A stretch of DNA of 62,552 bases from the NCBI GenBank assembly GCA_036507115.1, contig DASXQO010000116.1, forward strand, positions 1 through 62,552, read 5' to 3'. Positions 9,381 through 18,416 of this stretch are shown one piece after another. The notes below the pieces were generated by a model. That model made no database searches. It was given only the letters and a program-made list of their open reading frames with translations, and was not told the origin of the DNA. A program made the position numbers and the translations under genes. This DNA comes from Candidatus Eiseniibacteriota bacterium (GTDB lineage Bacteria > Eisenbacteria > RBG-16-71-46 > SZUA-252). The number at the start of each line of letters is the position of its first letter. Position 1 is the stretch's first letter.

Positions 9381-10457
9381 GTGGCGCTCCAAGGCAACCT
9401 CGACGACTTCAGTCTCCCCGAGATCCTCCAGCTCATCGCCGTCCAGCAGAAATCGGGCGTGCTCAAGCTCTCGTCGGGATCCGACGTCGCCGTGATCTTC
9501 TTCGAGGGAGGGCGCGTCGTCTCGACCCGGGACCGGCGCAGGAACGCGCGTGATCCGCTCAAGTCGTTCCTGACTCAGACCGGATACATCACCGAACCGC
9601 AGCTCAAACAGATCGAAACCATCGAGGCGGAAAGCCGCCGCGAGCTGACCGATGTGCTGCTCAGCGGGAATTACATGACGAGCGAGCAGTTGGCGGCCGC
9701 GATCCAGGACCAGATCCAGGACACGATGCACCAGCTCCTCACGTGGAAGGCGGGCACCTACCATTTCTCGGGGGACGCCCGGACGGTCCCGAAATTCGCG
9801 GCCAACGTGCGGCTGAACACCGAAGGCCTGCTCATGGAGTCGATGCGCCGGCTGGACGAGATCGTCCGCTACAAGCAGATCCTCTCCTCGCCCGCGATGG
9901 TTTTGCGGCCGAAAGCGCTCGCGGTTCCTCCCAAGGAGATGACCGCGCCGGAGCAGCGTGTGCTCCCGCTCGTGGACGGGCTGCGCCCGCTGCGCGACAT
10001 CGCGGCGCAGTCGAAGCTCGTGGAGTTCGAGGTCTACGAGGCGCTGCACCACCTCCTCGAGCTCGGCGTGATCGAAATCTCGCTCGGCGCGGCGCCCGCC
10101 AAGGTCACACCGATCGTGAAGGAGGAGGTCGTCAAGCCCCCGCAGCGGAGCTTCGCCGTCCCGGTGGCTGTGCTCGTCCTCCTGGGTTCGGTCGCGATCG
10201 GACGGTACGCGACGCCGGCGCTTTACGCCCAGGCCGAGCGCGCGGTTCGGCACGCTCCCGAGGTCGCTTCCACCGTGGATGACTCGCAACGGTTGGCGCT
10301 CGCGCTCGAAGTCTACCGCTCGATCCGGGGCTCCTATCCCACGGAGCTGCGCGCGCTCTCCCGCGAGGGGATCCTTCCCTCCTCCGCGGTCTCCTCCTTC
10401 TACCGTCGCTTCGAATACCACAGCGACGGCAGCACCTACCGGAAGACCGCCCTCTAG
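9381..10457 (+). CDS. PATAN/DUF4388-domain protein with a C-terminal TM anchor and extracytoplasmic tail
   Basis: 358 aa. The N-terminus LQGNLDDFSLPEILQLIAVQQKSGVLKL....VAVIFFEGGRVV is the DUF4388/PATAN signature. A helical insertion follows, then TWKAGTYHF and a wHTH-like region (EQRVLPLVDGLRPLRDIAAQS...EVYEALHHLLELGVIEI). The TM helix is FAVPVAVLVLLGSVAIG. The tail contains LALALEVYRSIRGSYPTELRAL. The GTG start directly follows the upstream TAA. Confidence 0.75.
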   Translation: MALQGNLDDFSLPEILQLIAVQQKSGVLKLSSGSDVAVIFFEGGRVVSTRDRRRNARDPLKSFLTQTGYITEPQLKQIETIEAESRRELTDVLLSGNYMTSEQLAAAIQDQIQDTMHQLLTWKAGTYHFSGDARTVPKFAANVRLNTEGLLMESMRRLDEIVRYKQILSSPAMVLRPKALAVPPKEMTAPEQRVLPLVDGLRPLRDIAAQSKLVEFEVYEALHHLLELGVIEISLGAAPAKVTPIVKEEVVKPPQRSFAVPVAVLVLLGSVAIGRYATPALYAQAERAVRHAPEVASTVDDSQRLALALEVYRSIRGSYPTELRALSREGILPSSAVSSFYRRFEYHSDGSTYRKTAL

Positions 10458-10503
10458 AGAATCGCTCCGCCGAAGGCCGGGCCCGCGGGAGGAATCGAAC
10501 GCC

Positions 10504-11505
10504 TCACCGCGCGCCTTGGAGCAGCTCCTCGGCGGCGCCGATCGCCCGCGAAGCTTCGATCGAGCGGAGACAGCCGTACCCGATCGGGCACGTGCGGCGA
10601 AAGCACGGAGAACAGGGATAGGCCGCGTAGAGGGCACGCACCCAGGGGGCGGCCGCAGCGCTCCAGACGGGGCTCGTGGATCCGAAGACCGCCACGGTGG
10701 GCTTCCCCAGGGCTGCGGCGAGATGCATCACCCCCGAGTCGTTCGAGGCGACCAGGATCGATTCCGCGAGAAGCCCCGTCAGCGAGGCGAGGTCGGTCGC
10801 GCCCACCAGATCGGAGACCGCAGTTCCTGCTATCCGGGCCACCTCGGCGGCCGGCCCCCGATCCTCCCGCGTCCCGACCAGGATGGACCGAGTGCCGTCG
10901 CGCGCATGCAGGGCCGACGCCAGCTTCGCGAAGTTCCCGGGCTCCCAGCGTTTCGCGGGCCCGTAGCTCGCGCCCGGCGCGAGCACGGCGTAGGGGCCCT
11001 CTCCGATTCCGGCCCGACGCCTTAGTGCTAGCGCTTCCCCGCGCTCCTCCGGAAGCGCCTCGAGTCGCGGCATCGCCTCTCCGACGGCGAGCCCGGCCGC
11101 GCGGGCGAGCACCCGGTATTCTTCGACACGCGGCGCGGTCCGTGGGGGTACCAACCGGGGAACGCGGCGCGTCAGGAACGCGTCCCGGAATTCGGCCGCG
11201 TATCCGATGCGTTCAGGAACTTGGGCGACCGCCACGAGGATCGCCGAGGACAGCGAATCCGTGAGGAGGAGCGCCTTGCACGGGCGGTGGCGCCGGATCG
11301 CCCCGACAGCGGCGAAGCGCCGTTCGCGCGACCAGGGGAGGTACGTCGAAGCGGGAAAGCGGGGCTGAAGCAGCGCCTGAAACGGCGCGGGGCCGAGGAA
11401 GAGCGCAGGAACCGAGGCATCTTCCGCGGCCGCCTTCACGACGGGCAGCGCCTGGATCAGGTCGCCGAGCCAGTTCGGAAGCCGGACGAGGAGCGGGCGC
11501 GGCAC
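10504..11505 (-). CDS. Glycosyltransferase family 9 (ADP-heptose:LPS heptosyltransferase-like)
   Basis: RPLLVRLPNWLGDLIQALPVVKA at the N-terminus and SNDSGVMHLAAALGKPTVAVFG near the C-terminus are typical of WaaC/WaaF-type GT9 enzymes. The likely GTG start at 11505 lies 11 nt after the kbl stop. The track ORF extension to 11862 overlaps kbl and is rejected. Confidence 0.8.
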   Translation of the reverse strand: MPRPLLVRLPNWLGDLIQALPVVKAAAEDASVPALFLGPAPFQALLQPRFPASTYLPWSRERRFAAVGAIRRHRPCKALLLTDSLSSAILVAVAQVPERIGYAAEFRDAFLTRRVPRLVPPRTAPRVEEYRVLARAAGLAVGEAMPRLEALPEERGEALALRRRAGIGEGPYAVLAPGASYGPAKRWEPGNFAKLASALHARDGTRSILVGTREDRGPAAEVARIAGTAVSDLVGATDLASLTGLLAESILVASNDSGVMHLAAALGKPTVAVFGSTSPVWSAAAAPWVRALYAAYPCSPCFRRTCPIGYGCLRSIEASRAIGAAEELLQGAR

Positions 11506-11516
11506 CGTGCGGCGAT

Positions 11517-12712
<1,196 letters not shown>

Positions 12713-12716
<4 letters not shown>

Positions 12717-13795
12717 GGATGGTCCCGCTTGAGCACGATCTTCCCGGCCTTCCCGGACCGCTGCAGATGCACCGCCTCCTCGAAATCGGACCAGCCCAGC
12801 ACGTGGGTAAGCACCGGACGAACGTCGAGCTTCCCGCTCAACAGGAGTGATTCCATGCGATACCACGTGTCGAAGATGAGCCTGCCGTTGATCCCCTGCA
12901 CCCGGGCGCCGCGGAAGATCACTTCCTTGGCGACGTCGATCTGGAGCGGCTTGGAGGGAATGCCGAGAAGGGAAACGCGGCCCCCGTTCGCGAGCGACTC
13001 GAAGCCGTCGCGAAACGCGTCGGGATGCCCCGACATCTCGAGCATCCCATCGACCCCGCGGCCGTCCGTCTTCTCGAGGATGCGCTTCACGACCGAATCC
13101 TTCTCGACGTTCAGCGCCAGATCCGCGCCCATCCGTTCGGCGAGCTCGAGTCTCAGGGGATTCTTGTCGACGGCGGCGACCCACGCGGCACCGGACGCCT
13201 TGAGCACGCCCACCGCGAAGCAGCCGATCGGACCGCAACCGAAGACGGCGAATCTGAGGCCGGCGACCGGGCCCGCGAGGGCCGTGTGCACCGCGTTCCC
13301 GAGCGGATCGTGGACCGCCGCGATCTCCTCCGGAATGTCCGGGTGGAGCTTCCACACGTTTCGCTCCGGAAGGATCACGTAGTCGGCGAAGGCGCCCTGC
13401 TGGTCCACGCCCAGAATTTCGACTTTCTCGCAGAGGTGCTGGAGCCCGCGGCGGCAGGCATAGCAGAGACCGCAGTACACGTGGGTCTCCCCGGTGACGC
13501 GGTCCCCCGGCTGCACCGCCTTCACCTCGGCGCCGATCCAGTCCACAACGCCGGTGAACTCGTGGCCGAAGACGAGCGGCGTCTTCACGCGGGACGCGGC
13601 CCAGCGGTCCCAATCGACGATGTGAAGATCCGTCCCGCATATGGCGAAGGCGGTCACGCGTATCCGGATATCCTTGGGTCCGCCGGATGGGAGCAGTACC
13701 TGGACGCGCCAGAGTCCGGGTTCCGGCTTGGATTTCTCGATGGCCCACATGCGGTCGAGTGTCACGGGTAACCGGGTGGCGGTCTCGAGGGTCAC
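12713..13795 (-). CDS. tdh: L-threonine 3-dehydrogenase (Zn-dependent MDR family)
   Basis: FAICGTDLHI, VFGHEFTGVV, GETHVYCGLCYACRRGLQHLC and GCGPIGCFAV align with E. coli Tdh. GTG 13795 has a strong AAGGAG Shine-Dalgarno sequence 5 nt upstream. ATG 13750 (MWAIEKSK) is an alternative start. Confidence 0.9.
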
Positions 13796-13835
13796 GGAAG
13801 CTCCTTTCGCTGAGCGCGAAGTGGGTTCCGGCTGG

Positions 13836-13863
13836 ATTATGGAAGAGGAGTTCGTGGAATCAA
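13836..13863 (-). promoter_or_regulatory. Sigma70-type promoter for tdh-kbl
   Basis: On the minus strand the layout is TTGATT (13863..13858), a 16-nt spacer, then CATAAT (13841..13836). This leaves a leader of about 35 nt with an AAGGAG Shine-Dalgarno sequence before GTG 13795. Confidence 0.5.
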
Positions 13864-13901
13864 GTCCTTTCCCCTCCGGCGGGGCGCACGGTTGCGGCGG
13901 C

Positions 13902-14855
13902 TCAATACCCCCGCGCGCGGTCCACGAGATTCCGGAGCGGCGCTCCGGTTTTGTAGCACCGCCAGTTCTCCGCGAAGTCGCGCGCCAGAGGCTCCGCCGT
14001 GCCGATGCCGGCCACGTGGGGCGTCACCCAGATATCCTCGCGCCCGCGAAGCGGGTGGTCTGGAGGCAGCGGCTCTTCCCGGAAGACGTCCAGGATCGCC
14101 GAACCCGGGCGGCCGCGCCCGAGCGCGCGCAGGAGCGCTGTCTCGTCCACCGTGCCGCCGCGCGAAACGTTGAGGAACACGGACCCGCGCTTCATGCTGC
14201 CAAAGCGTTCCGCGTTGAAGAAGGATTCCGTCTCGGGGGTGAGCGGAAGGAGATTCACGACGAAGTCCGCCCACGCGAGAAGCCCGGGGAGATCCCGCGG
14301 CGGCGCGACTTCCGGGGAAGAACGCCCCGCGGCCCCCGCGCGAGGCGGCTCCTCCTGCCCCGCGTTGCGTCGCACGCCGGCGACCTGCATTCCGAACGCG
14401 CGCGCGACGGACGCGACCTCGGCGCCGATCGCGCCCATGCCGACGATGAGGAGATGGTTCCCGGCGATCGAGTCCGGTGTCCAGCGCTTCCAGCTTCGCT
14501 CCGCCATCCCGCGCAGCGCCTCGTCCACCCGGAGCGTCCGGGCGAGCAGATAGCCGAGGACGTGCTGCGCGATGCGCTGCGGAAAGTCGCCGATGGTGCG
14601 CGTCAATATGATTCCATCCACCCACTCCGGGCGCGTGAACCAGTTGTCCACGCCCGCCCACCCGCTCTGGATCCAACGCAGCCGGGGGAGCCGAAGCGGC
14701 GACTCGGGCGGCGCGCTCGCGCAGAGCCAGATCGTCGCCTGCTCGAACCCGGGCCCGTCGAGCCGGCACCACGGGAGCGGCTCCCCGAGCTCGACCCCCA
14801 CCGCGCGCGCGAGCCCCTCGGGATCGGAGCTCGTGATGAGAACGCGCTCGCTCAT
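13902..14855 (-). CDS. D-isomer-specific 2-hydroxyacid dehydrogenase family protein (NAD-binding)
   Basis: The protein runs MSERVLITSS...; the Rossmann motif is LLIVGMGAIGAEVA; the catalytic region reads FLNVSRGGTVDE...LDVFREEPLPPDHPL...VTPHVAG. The ATG start at 14855 overlaps the upstream GT9 stop (ATGA). Confidence 0.8.
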   Translation of the reverse strand: MSERVLITSSDPEGLARAVGVELGEPLPWCRLDGPGFEQATIWLCASAPPESPLRLPRLRWIQSGWAGVDNWFTRPEWVDGIILTRTIGDFPQRIAQHVLGYLLARTLRVDEALRGMAERSWKRWTPDSIAGNHLLIVGMGAIGAEVASVARAFGMQVAGVRRNAGQEEPPRAGAAGRSSPEVAPPRDLPGLLAWADFVVNLLPLTPETESFFNAERFGSMKRGSVFLNVSRGGTVDETALLRALGRGRPGSAILDVFREEPLPPDHPLRGREDIWVTPHVAGIGTAEPLARDFAENWRCYKTGAPLRNLVDRARGY

Positions 14856-15940
14856 GCCTGGGACGCTGCAGCGGCGCCGTGGTCCGAAACCGCGGGGCCG
14901 CCGAGCGCGCGGTCGAGCGCGCGGGTTACGAGATCGGGATCGAGCCGTTTCATGCACGCGTGGTGGCCGAGCGGGCAGCGCCTCCGCCCATGTACCCCGC
15001 AAGGTCGGCACCAGAGCTTGATCTCGGCGACCTGGTCCCGCGGGCCCTGCCGCGCGAACCCGAACTCGGGGACGGTCCCTCCGAACACCCCGACCGTGGG
15101 AACCCCGAGCGCCGGGCCCAGGTGGAGCACCGCCGAATCGTTGGAGACGATCCCGCGCGCGTGCGCGGCCACGCCCGCGAGCTCACGGAACGGGAGCGAC
15201 ACCGGAGTTTCTCCCCGGGAGGCGAGGTAGGAGGCGATCTCGCCCGCGGCCGGCTCGCCCGGCGCCACGGCGAAGAGCGCCGCCCAGCCCCGCTCGCGCT
15301 CGATCCGCCGCGCGAGCTCGGCGAAATGAGCGGCGGGCCATCGTTTGGTTTCCCAGCGCGCGCCTGCGCCCATCAGGACGAAGCCGCCGCCTCGCGCGCG
15401 CGCTCCGGCGCGCTCCGCGCCGCGCTTGAGCTCCGTGTCCGAGAGCGCCAGGCGGAGCCAGGGTTCCGGTTCCTTACTTGAATCGACCCCGACCAGTGCC
15501 CGGTACGTCCGGAGCAGAGGCGGCACGGGAGCCGGATGAAGCCACCGTGCGTACACCCAGAGGCGGCGCCGGAGCGCATGCTTCGGGGGCAAACGGTGCT
15601 TCGCTTCGGGGAACGCCGAGAGGATCCGCGAAGAGCGCCAGTTCTGATGGAGATCGAGAATCTCTTCGACGCCGTCCCGGCGCAGGCCCGCGATCAGATC
15701 CCCGAGCGACCCGAGCACCGGCGCCCCGGGTGCGTCGAGATTCATCTCGTTCTCTCGCAGGGCGTACACGCGGTCGAGATGGGGATGTCCGTGGAGGAGA
15801 TTCCCGTACCGCCCCTTCGTGACGAAGAGCACGCGGCGGCCGGGATCCTCCTGTTTCAGGAGGCCGGGCACGTGGGCCGCCAGCAGCACGTCCCCCAGGG
15901 AGGAGAAGCGGACGACCGCCGCCGCGCGACGGTGAGGCAC
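14852..15940 (-). CDS. Glycosyltransferase family 9 (heptosyltransferase-like), second copy
   Basis: VVRFSSLGDVLLAAHVPGLLK at the N-terminus and SNDSAVLHLGPALGVPTVGVFG near the C-terminus. The GTG start at 15940 lies 2 nt after the msbA stop. The 924-aa track ORF is an out-of-frame extension into msbA. Confidence 0.8.
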   Translation of the reverse strand: MPHRRAAAVVRFSSLGDVLLAAHVPGLLKQEDPGRRVLFVTKGRYGNLLHGHPHLDRVYALRENEMNLDAPGAPVLGSLGDLIAGLRRDGVEEILDLHQNWRSSRILSAFPEAKHRLPPKHALRRRLWVYARWLHPAPVPPLLRTYRALVGVDSSKEPEPWLRLALSDTELKRGAERAGARARGGGFVLMGAGARWETKRWPAAHFAELARRIERERGWAALFAVAPGEPAAGEIASYLASRGETPVSLPFRELAGVAAHARGIVSNDSAVLHLGPALGVPTVGVFGGTVPEFGFARQGPRDQVAEIKLWCRPCGVHGRRRCPLGHHACMKRLDPDLVTRALDRALGGPAVSDHGAAAASQA

Positions 15941-15942
15941 GG

Positions 15943-18012
15943 CTAACCCGCCTGGTCCGCGGCGAGCGAGCCCGGAAGCGCCGTAAGCGGCTCGGTCTCC
16001 GCCAGCCGGAACTGCAGGCGGTGGAGCTTCTGATAGAGGCCCGGCCGCCTCACCAACTCGGCGTGGGTCCCCGTCTCCACGATCCGCCCCTGGTCCAGTA
16101 CCAGAATGCGGTCGGCGCGCTGGATCGTGGACAGGCGGTGCGCGATGACGAAGACCGTGCGGCCCCGGAACAGCACTTCGAGCGCCTCCTGGACCAGAAG
16201 CTCCGACTCGGAGTCGAGATTGGAGGTGGCTTCGTCGAGCAGGAGGAGGGCGGGATCCTTGAAGATCGCGCGGGCGATCGCGACCCGCTGCCGCTCCCCT
16301 CCCGAGAGCCGCATGCCGCGGTCCCCGACCTTCGTCTCGTAGCCCGAGGGCATCTCCCGGATGAAGTGGTCCGCGTTCGCCGCGATGGCGGCGCGGCGGA
16401 CCGCCTCCGGATCCGCGTCGGTCACGCCGTAGGCGATGTTGCGCGCGACGGTGTCGTTGAAGAGCAGCGGGTCCTGGGTGACGATTCCCATCATCCGCCG
16501 GAGCGACCCCACGTCGTAGTCCCGGAGATCGGTCCCGTCGAGAAGGATCACGCCGTCCGTCGGATCGTAGAAGCGCGCGACGAGATCCACCAGAGTCGAC
16601 TTCCCCGCGCCGCTCGGACCCACCAGAGCGACGACCTCCCCCGCCCGGACCGAGAAGGAAACGTCGCGGAGCACGTCGAGGCCGTTTCCGTAACGGAAGC
16701 TCACGCGGTCGAATTCGATTCCGCTCCGGATGCCCGAGACGGTGCGGGAACCCGGGCGGCTCACGATCGCGGGTTCCGTGTCCAGAATCCTGAAAATCCG
16801 CACCGCGGCCGCGAGCCCCTCCTGGAGTGTCGCGTTCACGTTGCTCAGCGACTTGAGCGGGCTCATGAGCTGAAGCATCGCGAAGAGGAAGATGAAGAAC
16901 TGCTGCGGCTCGAGCGCGCGCTGGAGGAGGATCTCGTGGCCGCCGTACCAGAGCACGGCCGTGGCGGCCACGACGCCCAGGTACTCCGAGACGGGCCCCG
17001 CCATGGCCCCGATTCTTCGCTGCTTCACGAAGGCGCGGAAGTACTCGTTCGCCGCGCCGGCGAAGCGGCGCTTCTCGAATTCCTCCATCGAGAAGGCCTT
17101 GACCACGCGGATCCCCCCGAGGGTCTCGGAGAGAATCGCGTTCAGGTCCGCCATGCGTTCCTGCGTGATGGTGCTCCGCCGCCGGAGCTTCCTCCCGAGC
17201 CATACGATGAGGAAGAGCGACGGCGGGATCACGATCAGCGAGAGAAGCGCGAGCCGCCAGGAGGTCCAGAAGATCCAGAACAGGCAGACGATGAGAAGAA
17301 GCGCGCTCTTGATCAGGTTGCTGAAGCCCGCGGCAAGCGCGCCCCGGACGAGCGCGATGTCGTTCGTGAGTCGCGAAAGAAGAGCGCCCGTGCGCCGGCT
17401 GTGGAAAAAGGAGAGCGAGAGGTCGTGGAGATGGGCGTAGAGCCGATTCCTGATATCGCGCACGACCGCCTGCTCGACCCAGACCGTGAGCACGCTCTGG
17501 AGGTAGTCGAAGATATTCTTGAGAAGAAACACGACCAGGAGCGCAAGACAGATCCGCGTCAGGGAGCGGAGCGGATTCCCGGTCAGGAAGAAATGCTCGA
17601 ACCAGGTCCGGAGCGATTGCTTCCACGCCGTGAAGCGCTTGGCGATCCCGGTCTGCGATTTACCGGCCGCGGTCGCGTCCGCACCAGGCGAAGCGGGAGT
17701 GGCGCCGAGCGCTATGAGGGCCCCGGCCTCGCCGGAGCTCGGGAGCGCAGTACCCTCTGGCGTCCGGACCGCGGCCCGCCCAGGCGCCGCTGCCGCCCCG
17801 GGATTCGAGATTACGGACGGAGCGGAACGCGGCGTGAAGAGGACCTTCACGAAGGGGGAGATCATCCCGATCGTGATCCCGCTCGAGAGCGCGAACCCGA
17901 CCATAAGGAGCGCTGTCAGGATCAGGCGGCCGCGATAGGGGCGGAGATAGCGGAGCAGACGGAGCGAGGTGCTCTCGCGGCTTGCGGGAGATCCGGGATT
18001 CGGGGTGGACAT
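15943..18012 (-). CDS. msbA: Lipid A export ABC transporter, fused permease/ATPase (MsbA-like)
   Basis: 689 aa, with a six-TM ABC exporter domain followed by an NBD. The NBD motifs are Walker A GPSGAGKST, signature LSGGERQRVAIARA and Walker B LLLLDEATS. It lies inside the lipid A cluster. The first extracytoplasmic loop carries an Ala/Pro/Gly-rich insertion of about 65 aa. Confidence 0.85.
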   Translation of the reverse strand: MSTPNPGSPASRESTSLRLLRYLRPYRGRLILTALLMVGFALSSGITIGMISPFVKVLFTPRSAPSVISNPGAAAAPGRAAVRTPEGTALPSSGEAGALIALGATPASPGADATAAGKSQTGIAKRFTAWKQSLRTWFEHFFLTGNPLRSLTRICLALLVVFLLKNIFDYLQSVLTVWVEQAVVRDIRNRLYAHLHDLSLSFFHSRRTGALLSRLTNDIALVRGALAAGFSNLIKSALLLIVCLFWIFWTSWRLALLSLIVIPPSLFLIVWLGRKLRRRSTITQERMADLNAILSETLGGIRVVKAFSMEEFEKRRFAGAANEYFRAFVKQRRIGAMAGPVSEYLGVVAATAVLWYGGHEILLQRALEPQQFFIFLFAMLQLMSPLKSLSNVNATLQEGLAAAVRIFRILDTEPAIVSRPGSRTVSGIRSGIEFDRVSFRYGNGLDVLRDVSFSVRAGEVVALVGPSGAGKSTLVDLVARFYDPTDGVILLDGTDLRDYDVGSLRRMMGIVTQDPLLFNDTVARNIAYGVTDADPEAVRRAAIAANADHFIREMPSGYETKVGDRGMRLSGGERQRVAIARAIFKDPALLLLDEATSNLDSESELLVQEALEVLFRGRTVFVIAHRLSTIQRADRILVLDQGRIVETGTHAELVRRPGLYQKLHRLQFRLAETEPLTALPGSLAADQAG

Positions 18013-18013
18013 G

Positions 18014-18415
18014 CTACGGGGCGGGATCGGGCGAATCCCCCGCGATCCGGCCCAGCCAGTCGAAGTCCCGGACGAAGGCTTCGTTGAAATCGTATCCGCG
18101 GGCGAAGTCGCTCAACGTGTCCTGGTCCGTCTTGCCGAGGAGCCCCTCGTCCACGAGCTGGAATACGATCTTTCCGAAATCCTCCGTGCTCGAGATTCCC
18201 CATTGCTCGAAGACCGTCTTGGCCATGGGGCCGAACCGCTCCAGCGCGAGACGCCGGATTCCGTCCAGGAGCTCTTCTCCGCGCACGTGGCGGATTTCCT
18301 CCAGGCCCTGGACGGTGAAATGGACCGCGTCGAGGGTAAAGCGATACGCGTTGGGCTTGTAGCGCCCGTGCTTCTGCGAGACGTCCAGGAGCGCGTTTTC
18401 CAGATCGGTCGCCAT
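18014..18415 (-). CDS. Small conserved protein of unknown function (resembles the Minf_1886/TIGR04138 family as I recall it)
   Basis: 133 aa. Notable segments are RYKPNAYRFTLDAVHFTV...RHVRGEELLDGIRRLALERFGPMAKTVFEQWGISSTEDFGKIVFQLVDEGLLGKTDQD. There is no TM helix or signal peptide. Gaps of 1 nt separate it from both msbA and nadB. Confidence 0.6.
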   Translation of the reverse strand: MATDLENALLDVSQKHGRYKPNAYRFTLDAVHFTVQGLEEIRHVRGEELLDGIRRLALERFGPMAKTVFEQWGISSTEDFGKIVFQLVDEGLLGKTDQDTLSDFARGYDFNEAFVRDFDWLGRIAGDSPDPAP

Positions 18416-18416
18416 A

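Noticed and set aside
7677-10637. 986-aa minus-strand ORF antisense to the two plus-strand genes.
   Set aside because: The translation is Arg/Gly/Pro/Glu/Asp-rich low-complexity sequence with no recognisable motif. This is typical of a shadow ORF in GC-rich DNA. The plus-strand frames carry clear TPR, TM and PATAN signatures.
14852-17626. 924-aa track ORF suggesting a giant protein spanning GT9 and msbA.
   Set aside because: Only the 3' 1.09 kb (14852..15940) encodes the GT9 enzyme. The remainder is an out-of-frame read through msbA with Arg/Pro-rich nonsense. The same reasoning trims the N-terminal extensions of the ORFs at 10504..11862, 11517..13748, 18417..20765, 20075..22492, 21190..23256, 23624..24880, 33310..34818, 56375..57871, 59323..60672 and 60386..62041.
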